64,000 nucleotides of DNA, from positions 64,001 through 128,000 of the forward strand of contig JBGTHM010000019.1 in NCBI GenBank assembly GCA_041746255.1, given 5' to 3'. The notes beneath the pieces are model-generated. The model saw only the letters and a list, made by a program, of their open reading frames with translations. It searched no databases and had not been told where the DNA came from. This document shows, piece by piece, positions 40,056 through 49,401 of this stretch (within the stretch, counting starts at the first letter, position 1; the number at the start of each line of letters is the position of its first letter). The position numbers and the translations under genes are program-made. The DNA is from Fibrobacteria bacterium. GTDB taxonomy: Bacteria; Fibrobacterota; Fibrobacteria; UBA11236.

Positions 40056-41744
40056 CTATCGGCATAAAATCTCATCCGGACGTTCCGAACAGACTTTCCG
40101 GGCTTCCCGGCAAATTATCGGTGAATTGATATTCCTGTCCGAACAAAAACTGACGAGGCCCAATTGGCATTGCTCCGGAAGCCATACTTGCCCTTGGCAA
40201 TACTCCCATAAAACATTTTTGCAGGGATTAGGTCCAGGCATGCCATGGCATTGATTCCGGTATTCGGAGCAATCCAGTTCGGGAGTATTGAAATTGCGAG
40301 GGACGCAATACCGTCTTTCGGCTTCTTCGCGTATGTTGGGCTCGACAGAACCTCCCGGAGATCCTGCGGAGCACAGATCCCCCAAGGTGTCACTGTTTTC
40401 TCCGGCTGCGATGCATTCCGTTACCGCGGCCACGGCGCATTCATCGCCTACCCAATTTTTTTCGCGGCAATAGGACGGATAGCGATCTCTACATACGGGA
40501 TTGTTAAGCCAGCCGAGGTTACGACAGAATGCGTCGCGGGAGGCTTCCATCGGATAAACCTTGGTGGAAGAATCGGCCACAATATGCAAATCGAAGGAAT
40601 CTTTGACGGCGCCCACAAAAATGCCTTTGCCTTCCAGGGCATTATAAATGGGTATCACCCGGGAATCCTCCTCCCCTTCGACGGCGGATTGCATATACTT
40701 CGCATAAGCGGGCTCGATTCCATAAAAGTAGAGCCGGTTGGGGCCGATAAAAAACCAGGCGTTAACCACTCCCATGCGATCGAGCAACTTTCTTCCACCC
40801 TGGCCGCCGACATCCGGGTAGAAAATAAGCCTACGGATATTCCCGGGAAGGAAAAACATCGCCGTATCGGGCTCTCCGAAAAGCCCCGTGAAGGAATTGC
40901 CTGAACGACCTAAGCTCATATTATAAGGTTGGCTTATAAGTACCCCTCCCACATCCTCGCTGCGCTCACTTTTAAAAAAATGCGAAAGAAAAGAAGCCGC
41001 CCTGGGGAGGTAGCTCAAGGTATCGCCGGCGTTATAGGGAAGGGTGTTCTCTCCCACTAGTTCGAGGGTGCGCGCAAGTATTCGCGCACCATTGGCCTGT
41101 AAATATTTCTCCAGGGCCACGCTGTCACCCAAAAGGGGAAGCAAGTCCGGGCCGAATTCCTCCAATAAAACGTTACGCACGGGTTCCGGAAGGCTTTCCA
41201 GAAAATCGGGATTGGCAAAGTCTAAAATAGACCCACCCTGGAAAGCGGGCGCAGGAGCTTCGGCGGTTTGTGCCATTGAGAATCGGCTGGGCACTTGCGC
41301 CTTGGCCCGAATTCGGGTTTCCGTTTTGACTCCGGCGCTGTCCCAATTTATCCGTGCTCTTAATTCATAGCTTTTACCCCTGCGTACCAAGGCGTCGTTG
41401 CGGCCCCAAAAGCAATTTTGTTGATAGGGTATAGGTGTCAAAGTCATCGACTCGATTCCGTTACCGAAATCGCCTTCGACCTCGACTTGCGCGTTTTCAT
41501 AGAAGGGAAACGCTTGTGTCGATTCTTCCGAAATGTTGAAAACGCGTTCAAAACAAACTCGTTCCAAGGGCCGATCCGCAATGGCATAGGCCGTGACGAA
41601 CAGACCCCGATAAATTACCGGACTTTCTGGAACATAATCCCAGGGGCCAGGCAAGCAGCCGGTGAGTAAAAGGAAAACCCAAGCTCCCCATAGGGGGCCG
41701 GTGCCCTTACCCTGAGCCGATGTTATTTCAGAAGTAATATTCAT
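40056..41744 (-). CDS. Lipoprotein partner of the TonB-dependent receptor (DUF4249-like) with Cys-rich C-terminus
   Basis: Lipobox LLTGC; GKSYELRA and NALEGKGIFVG motifs; 16 Cys in the last ~157 aa. Confidence 0.7.
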   Translation of the reverse strand: MNITSEITSAQGKGTGPLWGAWVFLLLTGCLPGPWDYVPESPVIYRGLFVTAYAIADRPLERVCFERVFNISEESTQAFPFYENAQVEVEGDFGNGIESMTLTPIPYQQNCFWGRNDALVRRGKSYELRARINWDSAGVKTETRIRAKAQVPSRFSMAQTAEAPAPAFQGGSILDFANPDFLESLPEPVRNVLLEEFGPDLLPLLGDSVALEKYLQANGARILARTLELVGENTLPYNAGDTLSYLPRAASFLSHFFKSERSEDVGGVLISQPYNMSLGRSGNSFTGLFGEPDTAMFFLPGNIRRLIFYPDVGGQGGRKLLDRMGVVNAWFFIGPNRLYFYGIEPAYAKYMQSAVEGEEDSRVIPIYNALEGKGIFVGAVKDSFDLHIVADSSTKVYPMEASRDAFCRNLGWLNNPVCRDRYPSYCREKNWVGDECAVAAVTECIAAGENSDTLGDLCSAGSPGGSVEPNIREEAERRYCVPRNFNTPELDCSEYRNQCHGMPGPNPCKNVLWEYCQGQVWLPEQCQLGLVSFCSDRNINSPIICREARKVCSERPDEILCR

Positions 41745-44190
41745 AGTTGATTAAAATAGGAAAGAAGGGGAATTGCGTGATGTCCGTCCGCTTAGGCGGG
41801 TTGGCGCGGTCGTAACTGTAAAGGAAGATATTTTCATTGTCGGTGATATTGAGAATGGTCCAGGAAAAATTCCATTTGTTTTCGCGGCCGACATCGATAA
41901 CTTTGACATCCCATCGGAAATAAGGGGGGACCCTCGCGCCATTGCGGTGACCCCGCAGTACAGTCTGATTTCCGGAAAAACCCGAAGTAGGACCACCCGC
42001 TGGTATGCCGTGGCCTTGGTCCTGGAGATGCGCCGGCGTGTAGCCGATCACTTCGGTAAAAGGCAGTCCGGTGGAATAACTCAACTGCGTGGAGGTTCGC
42101 CAGAAAAAATTCTGTGAGCTACTGAACAAAGCTTCAGGCCCCCGAATGTTGACTGCCAGGTCCGCTTTGACACTGTGCGGCTGGTGCCATTTGGGGTAGT
42201 AGGCTCCCGCATCGCCTCTGTCCTTCATCACTGAAAATCCCCGCGAATAGCTGGCCCCTCCAAAAATCAAGCCCTCTACTCGTCGCAGCGAAACTTCTGC
42301 TCCATAACTGTAACCCTCGCTATCCTTGAAATAATCCACCAAGGGCAGGTCGGCCAGGTTTTCGTTAGCGTCTTCCGGAATAACCAGGGGGTCGAAAACC
42401 AGTAGCCGGCTGAGCGCTTTATAATAGCCCTCCAAAATGAAATCGAATTGATTCAACCACTTTTCCCGGTTATAACCCAAGGAAAAAAGCCAGGAATTGC
42501 TGGGATAGAGGGTATTGTAAGTCCCCTTTTTGGCCGGGTAATAGAATTCGTTTAAGGTTTCCTGGTCTACCCATAAAATCGAATTGATGTATTGCAAGTA
42601 ATACCCCGCCGAGGCTTCAATTGCTTGCTGGTGCGGCAGACGGTATTTCAGGGATAGGCGGGGTTCCAAGCCCACATATTCGGGAAGCGTGGAAATGTAA
42701 GTGCTGCGCAGGCCTCCGGTGATATCTGCCGGGCCGAGCGTATAAGTGTCCTGGGCGAAAAGGGTATGTTGCCAATAGGTTTCTTTATCCACAAGTTTAA
42801 TGTCGACCACATCCTGTTGATTGCTGAAAACCGTTTCAAAGCGATTCAACTCAACCCCTGCCTTCAATCGATGGTGGTTGAGCCCGCGATACTCTACGGA
42901 TTGCCGAAAGGTGGCGTTGGTGATTTTGTTGTAAAACTGAAAGAGATTGGTGACACCGAAACTTTGACTGAAATGGCTGAAAGAGAGGGTGGTTTGAGCC
43001 GTTGATTTTTCGCTCAATTCGGTGACGTAATTCAGGGGTATCACCGTATTTCCCCAATCCAGGAGGATGGGAAAGAAATTGAGCCTGTCTTTGCCATGGT
43101 ATCCGCTCAGGGTAAGGTGGCTTCCCGCGCCCAAATCGTAACGCAGGTTACCTTGCAGGTCGAAAAAATTATAATCCACGGTAAAGTCAGTGACACCGAT
43201 GCTTTCCAGAAAATCCAGGATTTGTTTGATATAAGTCGTGCGTCCCGCCAATAACCAGCGGGCATCGCCCTGCTTGCCTTCGGTATGCACTTGGGTGGCG
43301 AAGGTGCTTATTTTGAGGGAAGAGCCTTTCATCCAGGTATCGGCCGTATCTTTACCCCCTAAACGCGATTTGATATCGAGAACCGAGGAAAGGCGATTGC
43401 CGTATTCGGCGGGAAAGCCGCCTTTGTAAAAGTCCACTTCGTCGACGGCTTCGACCAGGAAGGTGGAAAAGAGCCCGAAAAAATGAACGGGCGAATAGAC
43501 GGGAGCGTTGTCGAGCAGGATAAGGTTTTGATCGGCGCCTCCGCCTCGAACATAAATCTTGGTGGAAAAATCCGAGCTGGCCACTACTCCGGGCAGACCT
43601 TGTATCGTACGGATGACATCGGCTTCGGCTAAACCCGGAAGGCGTTTCATCAGCTTGGCCGATACGGTGGCTTTGCCCAAGGAACGTTTGGGCCTGCGTT
43701 GAGCCCTAACCACTACTTTGCGTAGCCTGACGACTTCTTCGGCAAGGGACTCGGAGGGAGCGGCAACGGATTCGGAAGTTTCGGAAATTTTCGGGTCCTC
43801 CATTTCGTTGAGGTCGGGTGGTTTTTCCCCGGTACTTCCCTGGCGTAGAGTGATTCCCTCGTTCGCAAATTCCCTTTCAATCAGGCTATTCTGACCCGAA
43901 TGCTGCAAAGTATAGCACTTTTCCAATTCGGTGGCGGTGAAGCAAAGGTGCCAAGCCGTATCGAGGGGGAGTGGCATGGTAAATTGTTCACCGTGACGTA
44001 TCGTCAAGGTATCGCCGGACTCCAATACTTGTGCGATTATTGTATCCGAACCTGAAAAATCGGAGTCAGACAAGGTCGCTTGGAGTCGAAGAGAGGTTTC
44101 GGCTGGGATGGGAAGATAAAGGCCGGCTACCAGAAAAAGGACGAAAAGGCTCGCCTTTCGGGAGGATGAAAAAACGGAGAGGGGTTGCAT
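41728..44190 (-). CDS. TonB-dependent receptor
   Basis: Plug LPGV...YVRGGGADQNLILLDN...YKGGFPAEYGNRLSSVLDI; C-terminal YEYYF. Confidence 0.92.
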   Translation of the reverse strand: MQPLSVFSSSRKASLFVLFLVAGLYLPIPAETSLRLQATLSDSDFSGSDTIIAQVLESGDTLTIRHGEQFTMPLPLDTAWHLCFTATELEKCYTLQHSGQNSLIEREFANEGITLRQGSTGEKPPDLNEMEDPKISETSESVAAPSESLAEEVVRLRKVVVRAQRRPKRSLGKATVSAKLMKRLPGLAEADVIRTIQGLPGVVASSDFSTKIYVRGGGADQNLILLDNAPVYSPVHFFGLFSTFLVEAVDEVDFYKGGFPAEYGNRLSSVLDIKSRLGGKDTADTWMKGSSLKISTFATQVHTEGKQGDARWLLAGRTTYIKQILDFLESIGVTDFTVDYNFFDLQGNLRYDLGAGSHLTLSGYHGKDRLNFFPILLDWGNTVIPLNYVTELSEKSTAQTTLSFSHFSQSFGVTNLFQFYNKITNATFRQSVEYRGLNHHRLKAGVELNRFETVFSNQQDVVDIKLVDKETYWQHTLFAQDTYTLGPADITGGLRSTYISTLPEYVGLEPRLSLKYRLPHQQAIEASAGYYLQYINSILWVDQETLNEFYYPAKKGTYNTLYPSNSWLFSLGYNREKWLNQFDFILEGYYKALSRLLVFDPLVIPEDANENLADLPLVDYFKDSEGYSYGAEVSLRRVEGLIFGGASYSRGFSVMKDRGDAGAYYPKWHQPHSVKADLAVNIRGPEALFSSSQNFFWRTSTQLSYSTGLPFTEVIGYTPAHLQDQGHGIPAGGPTSGFSGNQTVLRGHRNGARVPPYFRWDVKVIDVGRENKWNFSWTILNITDNENIFLYSYDRANPPKRTDITQFPFFPILINYEYYF

Positions 44191-44285
44191 GGGCAGGGAT
44201 TAAATTAGAAATGCCGCGAGCTACGCACCATGAAAATCAGAACACAAAAGCGACAGCCCTTCTCAAATGCGCGATTGGCTTGCCT

Positions 44286-44615
44286 CTAGAGGTCGCGGCG
44301 GAGAGACGTAATCAGTCCTAAAATCCCGAATGACACCGCGATAATTGCCAGCCCGCCGAATTCGCGCGCCTCCTCATGGTCGACCCAATTCGCCGGCCAT
44401 GGATGGGGGTACCAGTAAATAGACCCGACCAAATAAATCAGGGCTATACCGAGTAGCACCCCTCTATGTTTGATTTTCAGTCCATAAAGCAAGGCGACAA
44501 TACCGGGGAGGGCATAGATGATAACCCAAATAAGGGTATCCGGGTCGTTATATTGGAGAATTCCGCTCCACAGGCATAACCCGAATAAAAGAAAAGCAAA
44601 AATACGCGCAATCAT
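44286..44615 (-). CDS. Transmembrane 220 family protein
   Basis: LQYNDPD..IW..IY and EEAREFGGL motifs; start at ATG 44615. Confidence 0.85.
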   Translation of the reverse strand: MIARIFAFLLFGLCLWSGILQYNDPDTLIWVIIYALPGIVALLYGLKIKHRGVLLGIALIYLVGSIYWYPHPWPANWVDHEEAREFGGLAIIAVSFGILGLITSLRRDL

Positions 44616-44629
44616 GGAAGAGTCCTTCT

Positions 44630-45523
44630 TTAGGTGCTGTAAAAATACCGACCGATGAAATACCCCGGCAATATCCATAATAGTCCCAACAAGGCCCAGG
44701 GAACGGCGACCAGATTAGCCAGCATAGCCAAAACGTCTATCAGGGGAATCAGTCGTAACATGGAACCCACGGTTTTTCCGGTATTTTTCGGGGAAGGTTG
44801 AGCGGATAGGGCACGTAACGGGCGATACAACGCCGCGAAAATTGCGGCCATTACCATTATTGCATAAAGGGCATATTCACCCTCTAACATGAAAACGGAG
44901 AAACTCAGCCAGCCAAGCCCCCAAAGAGTGAGCCCTCCCAGAAAAACCCGTAATCTTCTCCACGAAGTGCCGCGTACCTCCTCATGCGCCAGGTAGGTCA
45001 CCAACATGATATACGAGGCCAAGGAAACCAGGGCAAACGCAATACCGGTATTGAATCCAAAATATTGAGGCCAGGTTTCCCAGGTCAGCACGATTCCCGT
45101 GGCGAGGTTGCAGGCGCGACAGGCCCCCATGGATAAAGGCCCCAGGGGGCCGCCTTTGAAAATGAAATTATACAGGGCGATGCAGCCGATGAGAGCCGCA
45201 GCGGGAATCAAGGCCAGGGGATTGGCAATAGCGATGAGAACCGTACCCGAAAAAAGCAAAGCCAACGAAAGCCGCAATGCTCCGGCACGGCTGATGGCCC
45301 CGGAGGGGATGGGGCGCGAAGGCCGCTCCCGGGCGTCCACCTTCGCGTCGGCCACATCGTTCAAGGCCATGCCTCCCATGATGAAAAAGGCCCCAGCGAA
45401 AAGCCCCAACAACAATTCCCACGACAGGCGCCCACCCCCGATTAAATACCCTGCGTAAATATTGGACATGGAGCTGAAGGCGGTGGGAATGCGCACCAGC
45501 GAAAAGAAGGCTTTGGCAGTCAC
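44630..45523 (-). CDS. eboC: UbiA-family prenyltransferase EboC
   Basis: GGMALNDVADAKVDARERPSRPIPSG and GPLSMGACRACN motifs; coupled to eboF. Confidence 0.85.
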   Translation of the reverse strand: MTAKAFFSLVRIPTAFSSMSNIYAGYLIGGGRLSWELLLGLFAGAFFIMGGMALNDVADAKVDARERPSRPIPSGAISRAGALRLSLALLFSGTVLIAIANPLALIPAAALIGCIALYNFIFKGGPLGPLSMGACRACNLATGIVLTWETWPQYFGFNTGIAFALVSLASYIMLVTYLAHEEVRGTSWRRLRVFLGGLTLWGLGWLSFSVFMLEGEYALYAIMVMAAIFAALYRPLRALSAQPSPKNTGKTVGSMLRLIPLIDVLAMLANLVAVPWALLGLLWILPGYFIGRYFYST

Positions 45524-46896
45524 GACAGAATATGCTTTTCGATTAAGGTTTTGACCTCCATCATGGGTAACCTCTCGACGCCGGGGTTGGCTTCCGCGAA
45601 GTTGGAAATGAACAAAGGTCCGGCTTCGGGGTCGTCGACGGGCGTGCCATGGCTGCCTTTAACGAGTTCGGGCATCAAAGGAATGACGTCCATGTAATAA
45701 CGGAAGCCCAGTTTTTTCTTGAGCAGGGTAAAGGCGATTTTCGCCTGGATGGATTTTTGCTTGGGATCGAGAAAGAGCTCCACCGGATCATATCCCGGTT
45801 TGCGGTGGATATCCACGCAGCGGGCAAAGTCCGGCGCTTTTTTATCGTCGAACCAATAGTAATAGGTGTACCAATTATCGGGTTCGGCCATCAGGATAAC
45901 GTCTCCGGAACGCTCATGGTCCAGGTCGTAGGCGGCGATGGCATCTCCGGTAAGCACGGCGCGTTGTCCAGGCAGGTTTTCGAAAAGCGCGGCCACCTCG
46001 GCGATACGTCCCTTGTTCTTCACATAGATATGGCAAATTTGATGATCAGATACGGCAAAAGCCTCGCTGGCGCCCGCGTCGAGCACTTCCCAATCCAAGC
46101 TGTTCCGAATAGCCAATAGGCCCGCTTGGCGCAGCACCCGGTTGGGGTGCAGGTATTTCGTAACCGAAGTGATACCGTATTCGGAAAGGATGACGATGCG
46201 GGACCCTTCGCTGGAGAAATAATCGACAAGATTCCCCACGACCTCGTCGATGTCGCGCAAATCCGCTTCGAGTTCGGGCGCGTCAGGGCCGTATTTCTGC
46301 AAACCATAATCGAGATGCGGCAAATAAACCAGGTTGAGCGTGGGCTTGTGTTGCTCGTGTATCCACTTGGCCGATTCGGCAATCCATTTGGAGGCGCCGA
46401 TACCGGCGGCGGGGCCCCAGAAATTGAAAAAGGGAAAGGCGCCCAAATCCTTCACCATGGGATCGCGGATTTCCGAAGGGTGTGTATATATATCGAAAAC
46501 CTTGCGGCCGTCCGCGGGATAATGGGGGCGCGGAGTCACGCTCCAATTCACATCGGAGTACATGTTGTACCACCAGAACATTTTCGCGCAGGTAAAATCG
46601 GGGTACGCTTTTTTCAGGCTTTCATAGATCTTTTCGCCTTGCATGAGACCGTCGTTCTGTTTCCAGAATCCGACCTCCGCCAAATCCTTGAAATACCAAC
46701 CATTGGCGACGATGCCGTTTCTTGAAGGAGGAAGTCCGGTAAGCATGGCGGCTTGGCTGGAACAGGTGAGCGCGGGAAAGACTTCCTTAAGGTGAGTGCT
46801 CCATCCTGCTTCGAGGAAGCGTTTGATGCGGGGAGTATGGATACCGATTAGATTTCGAGTCAAACCGACGACATTCAAGACTACGGTATTATGCAT
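45520..46896 (-). CDS. eboF: EboF, alkaline phosphatase/nucleotide pyrophosphatase family
   Basis: VVLNVVGLT, PALTCSSQ, MFWWYNMYS, YLPHLDY, VDIHRKPGYDPVELF and VKGSHG motifs. Confidence 0.9.
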   Translation of the reverse strand: MHNTVVLNVVGLTRNLIGIHTPRIKRFLEAGWSTHLKEVFPALTCSSQAAMLTGLPPSRNGIVANGWYFKDLAEVGFWKQNDGLMQGEKIYESLKKAYPDFTCAKMFWWYNMYSDVNWSVTPRPHYPADGRKVFDIYTHPSEIRDPMVKDLGAFPFFNFWGPAAGIGASKWIAESAKWIHEQHKPTLNLVYLPHLDYGLQKYGPDAPELEADLRDIDEVVGNLVDYFSSEGSRIVILSEYGITSVTKYLHPNRVLRQAGLLAIRNSLDWEVLDAGASEAFAVSDHQICHIYVKNKGRIAEVAALFENLPGQRAVLTGDAIAAYDLDHERSGDVILMAEPDNWYTYYYWFDDKKAPDFARCVDIHRKPGYDPVELFLDPKQKSIQAKIAFTLLKKKLGFRYYMDVIPLMPELVKGSHGTPVDDPEAGPLFISNFAEANPGVERLPMMEVKTLIEKHILS

Positions 46897-48112
46897 GCAC
46901 TCTTTCCAGCTTCAAAGAAGAATGTTCCTCCACAAAACGTAGTTCTCTTGCCAGACTTTTCGCCAGGTCTTCGCGGGTAACGGGCCGGTTCTGTTCAGGA
47001 AGCACCGACCAGGTATAGGTTTCCACCTCGAAATGGGAACAAAGCGAATTATCCAGGGCATGATTCAATGCCGTAAGCATGTCTTTGCGGGTGGTGGAGA
47101 TGACATAAGCAGGGTGATCCTGATTAGGTTCGCTTTCCCAAAGGAATCCGGAAGTATCGATGGGTACATGGTAATGTACTCGCCAGGGGTGATCCCAACT
47201 GGCTTTGTCGTCGTTCAGCGCATGGGGCAAGTCGTCATAAAGGTGGATTTTCCGGCCTTCTTTGATGCGGGTTTGGTGCAAAAAACGCTCTTCCACATAG
47301 GCCAGACGCGCTTCACGCGAAACCTTTTCGGGGTCGGCTTTGAATTCCAGGGCGCTGGAAAGTTGCATTTTCACGACGGGTATTCCGTTTGCGGTGAGTT
47401 TATCCAGGGATTTTACCGGGTTTTCGAATTGTACCGCCTGATGGCAAACATCGTAACACACACCGATATAGCGGGTTAAATCCTCCTCGCTGAAATGCAT
47501 TTTGCGAGCCGCGGGACGCAGGTATTCCTCCCAAAACGCCACGACTTGCGAAATGGTCTCCAGAACACACCCGGGTTCCGGCTCCACCGCCAAACGGATG
47601 ACTTTGGCATCTTGGTGCTCCAACTCCAGAGCGCATTTCGCCCACAGGATGAGGTTCTCCGCGGCTTGACGCGACTTCTCCTCCGTCCAGCCGGCACGCC
47701 AGCCCAGCGGCAAAGTGGAAATGCTGCCTTCCCCATTTTCAGGGTCCAACAAATCACTCAACATTTGCGCGCAGGTCATACTGTAATGCAGACGTTCCGG
47801 GTCGGTCCAATCCGGAGTATAAACCTTGGTTTTCACGATTTTTTCATGAAAATTGATATAGGGAAAGGCGTTGAGTGTAAACACGGACAGCCGGTTTTGC
47901 TCCAACACTTCCTTTATCCGGTGCTGGGTCGGGGAGTCGTGATGGCTGATCTCAGCCAATAAATTGGCATTGAACCAAAGTCCCAGGGGAAGCTGGTTTA
48001 CCCCCAACTCGTCGCGGATATGGGGGCCGAAAAACGAAATGGTTTCTACCCATTCCGAGAGGCTGTTGAGCGCATGAACATTTGTGCAGTAAGTTAGTCT
48101 GGGCTGAGTCAC
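46889..48112 (-). CDS. eboE: EboE, xylose isomerase-like TIM barrel
   Basis: LTYCTNVH, VKTKVYTPDW, EPEPGC, YDVCHQAV, WRVHYHVP and EVETYTW motifs. Confidence 0.9.
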   Translation of the reverse strand: MTQPRLTYCTNVHALNSLSEWVETISFFGPHIRDELGVNQLPLGLWFNANLLAEISHHDSPTQHRIKEVLEQNRLSVFTLNAFPYINFHEKIVKTKVYTPDWTDPERLHYSMTCAQMLSDLLDPENGEGSISTLPLGWRAGWTEEKSRQAAENLILWAKCALELEHQDAKVIRLAVEPEPGCVLETISQVVAFWEEYLRPAARKMHFSEEDLTRYIGVCYDVCHQAVQFENPVKSLDKLTANGIPVVKMQLSSALEFKADPEKVSREARLAYVEERFLHQTRIKEGRKIHLYDDLPHALNDDKASWDHPWRVHYHVPIDTSGFLWESEPNQDHPAYVISTTRKDMLTALNHALDNSLCSHFEVETYTWSVLPEQNRPVTREDLAKSLARELRFVEEHSSLKLERVHA

Positions 48113-48198
48113 GAAAACCCCCTTGGCAGCGTAAATTTACAACCGCGTCTTTCTAATTGGAAGTAAATTAATTTCTCACTCAAGAAGTTGATAATCAC

Positions 48199-49401
48199 AT
48201 GGATACAGCGAAAAAAAACGCGTCCGGTCGTATTTCCGCCCGAGTCAAAATCCGCACCGGGAATGCTGCCGGCCCGACTTGGCAATGCCGTCCCTCGCCG
48301 CTCCTAGGCCATATGCCGCTGTACCACGGCTTCGGCGCCATGGAGGCGCTGAAAGAAATTCTGGAAAAGGCGAGCCCCGACAAGGTTTTTGTCCTCTCCG
48401 ACCAGCGTATTTTCAAGCTTTATGGCGGTTATTTACTGCAACTTCTGGCGGATGCTCTACCCAAAGCCAGTAACCGGATGACTCCGGAAACCATACTTTT
48501 ATCGGAAGGTGAAACCGAAAAGACCTGGAGTAACCTGGAATTCCTGTGCGAGGAACTCTTCGAGCGGGGAATTACCAAATCCTCTCTTATTCTCAATTTC
48601 GGCGGCGGGGTCATTTTAAATATCGGTGGCATGGCCGCCAGCCTGATTTACCGCGGAGTACGCTTCGTGCAAATTCCCACGACTTTGATGGCTCAAAGCG
48701 ACGTCGTGGTTTCCAACAAACAAGGCATTAATTTCGCGGGCGGCAAAAATCGCCTCGGAACCTTCCACGTGCCCCTGGCGGCGGTCGCGGATCCCCGCTT
48801 CTTGGCCACTGAGCCCCGGCGCCAATTGCGCGCAGCCATGGTGGAATATTGCAAGAATGCCCTGCTGCTGGGCGGAAGCCATTACGACGAGGCTTTGGAG
48901 CATTTTGGACGCGGCGATCTCTATTCCGAAGAGCAACTCGGCCGACTCATCGAATGCAGTCTCGACCAAAAATTTTTCATCGCCGAAGCCGACCCCACCG
49001 AAAAGGCGGCGGGGCTTATGCTCGAATACGGCCATACCGTGGGTCACGCACTCGAATACCTGTCGCAAGGACGCCTCCTCCATGGCGAAGCGGTGTATCA
49101 CGGCATGAACGTGGCCGGCATGTTGTCCGAAAAAATGGGATACATGCCCGCGCAAGAACTCATGCGGCAATCCCTTCTGCTCAGCCACCTCGCGGAAATG
49201 CCGACCATTCCCGCCGATATTTCGGTGGGACAAGTCTTGAATTGCGTACAGCGCGACAATAAAAAAGTCGGCGCCGATATTGCTTTCATCCTGGTGGAAG
49301 GAATCGGCAAAGTCCGCCGCAACGGGGATACGGTGCTCACTCCCGTTACCGAGACGCAACTCAAAGAAGCCCTGATAGAATACTGGGATGCTTTGTTATA
49401 G
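48199..49401 (+). CDS. Sugar-phosphate cyclase, 2-deoxy-scyllo-inosose synthase (BtrC)-like
   Basis: DHQS fold (GGGVILNIGG, PTTL, GKN) with AQSDVVVSNKQGIN, KNALLL, GLMLEYGHTVGHALE and DNKK signatures. Confidence 0.75.
   Translation: MDTAKKNASGRISARVKIRTGNAAGPTWQCRPSPLLGHMPLYHGFGAMEALKEILEKASPDKVFVLSDQRIFKLYGGYLLQLLADALPKASNRMTPETILLSEGETEKTWSNLEFLCEELFERGITKSSLILNFGGGVILNIGGMAASLIYRGVRFVQIPTTLMAQSDVVVSNKQGINFAGGKNRLGTFHVPLAAVADPRFLATEPRRQLRAAMVEYCKNALLLGGSHYDEALEHFGRGDLYSEEQLGRLIECSLDQKFFIAEADPTEKAAGLMLEYGHTVGHALEYLSQGRLLHGEAVYHGMNVAGMLSEKMGYMPAQELMRQSLLLSHLAEMPTIPADISVGQVLNCVQRDNKKVGADIAFILVEGIGKVRRNGDTVLTPVTETQLKEALIEYWDALL

Noticed and set aside
48199..49401. Annotation as housekeeping aroB, or as evidence of an aminoglycoside cluster
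   Set aside because: It lacks the AroB GGKT and LNxGH motifs. No adjacent aminotransferase, dehydrogenase or glycosyltransferase of 2-deoxystreptamine synthesis is present; the DegT gene is 47 kb away in a polysaccharide context.
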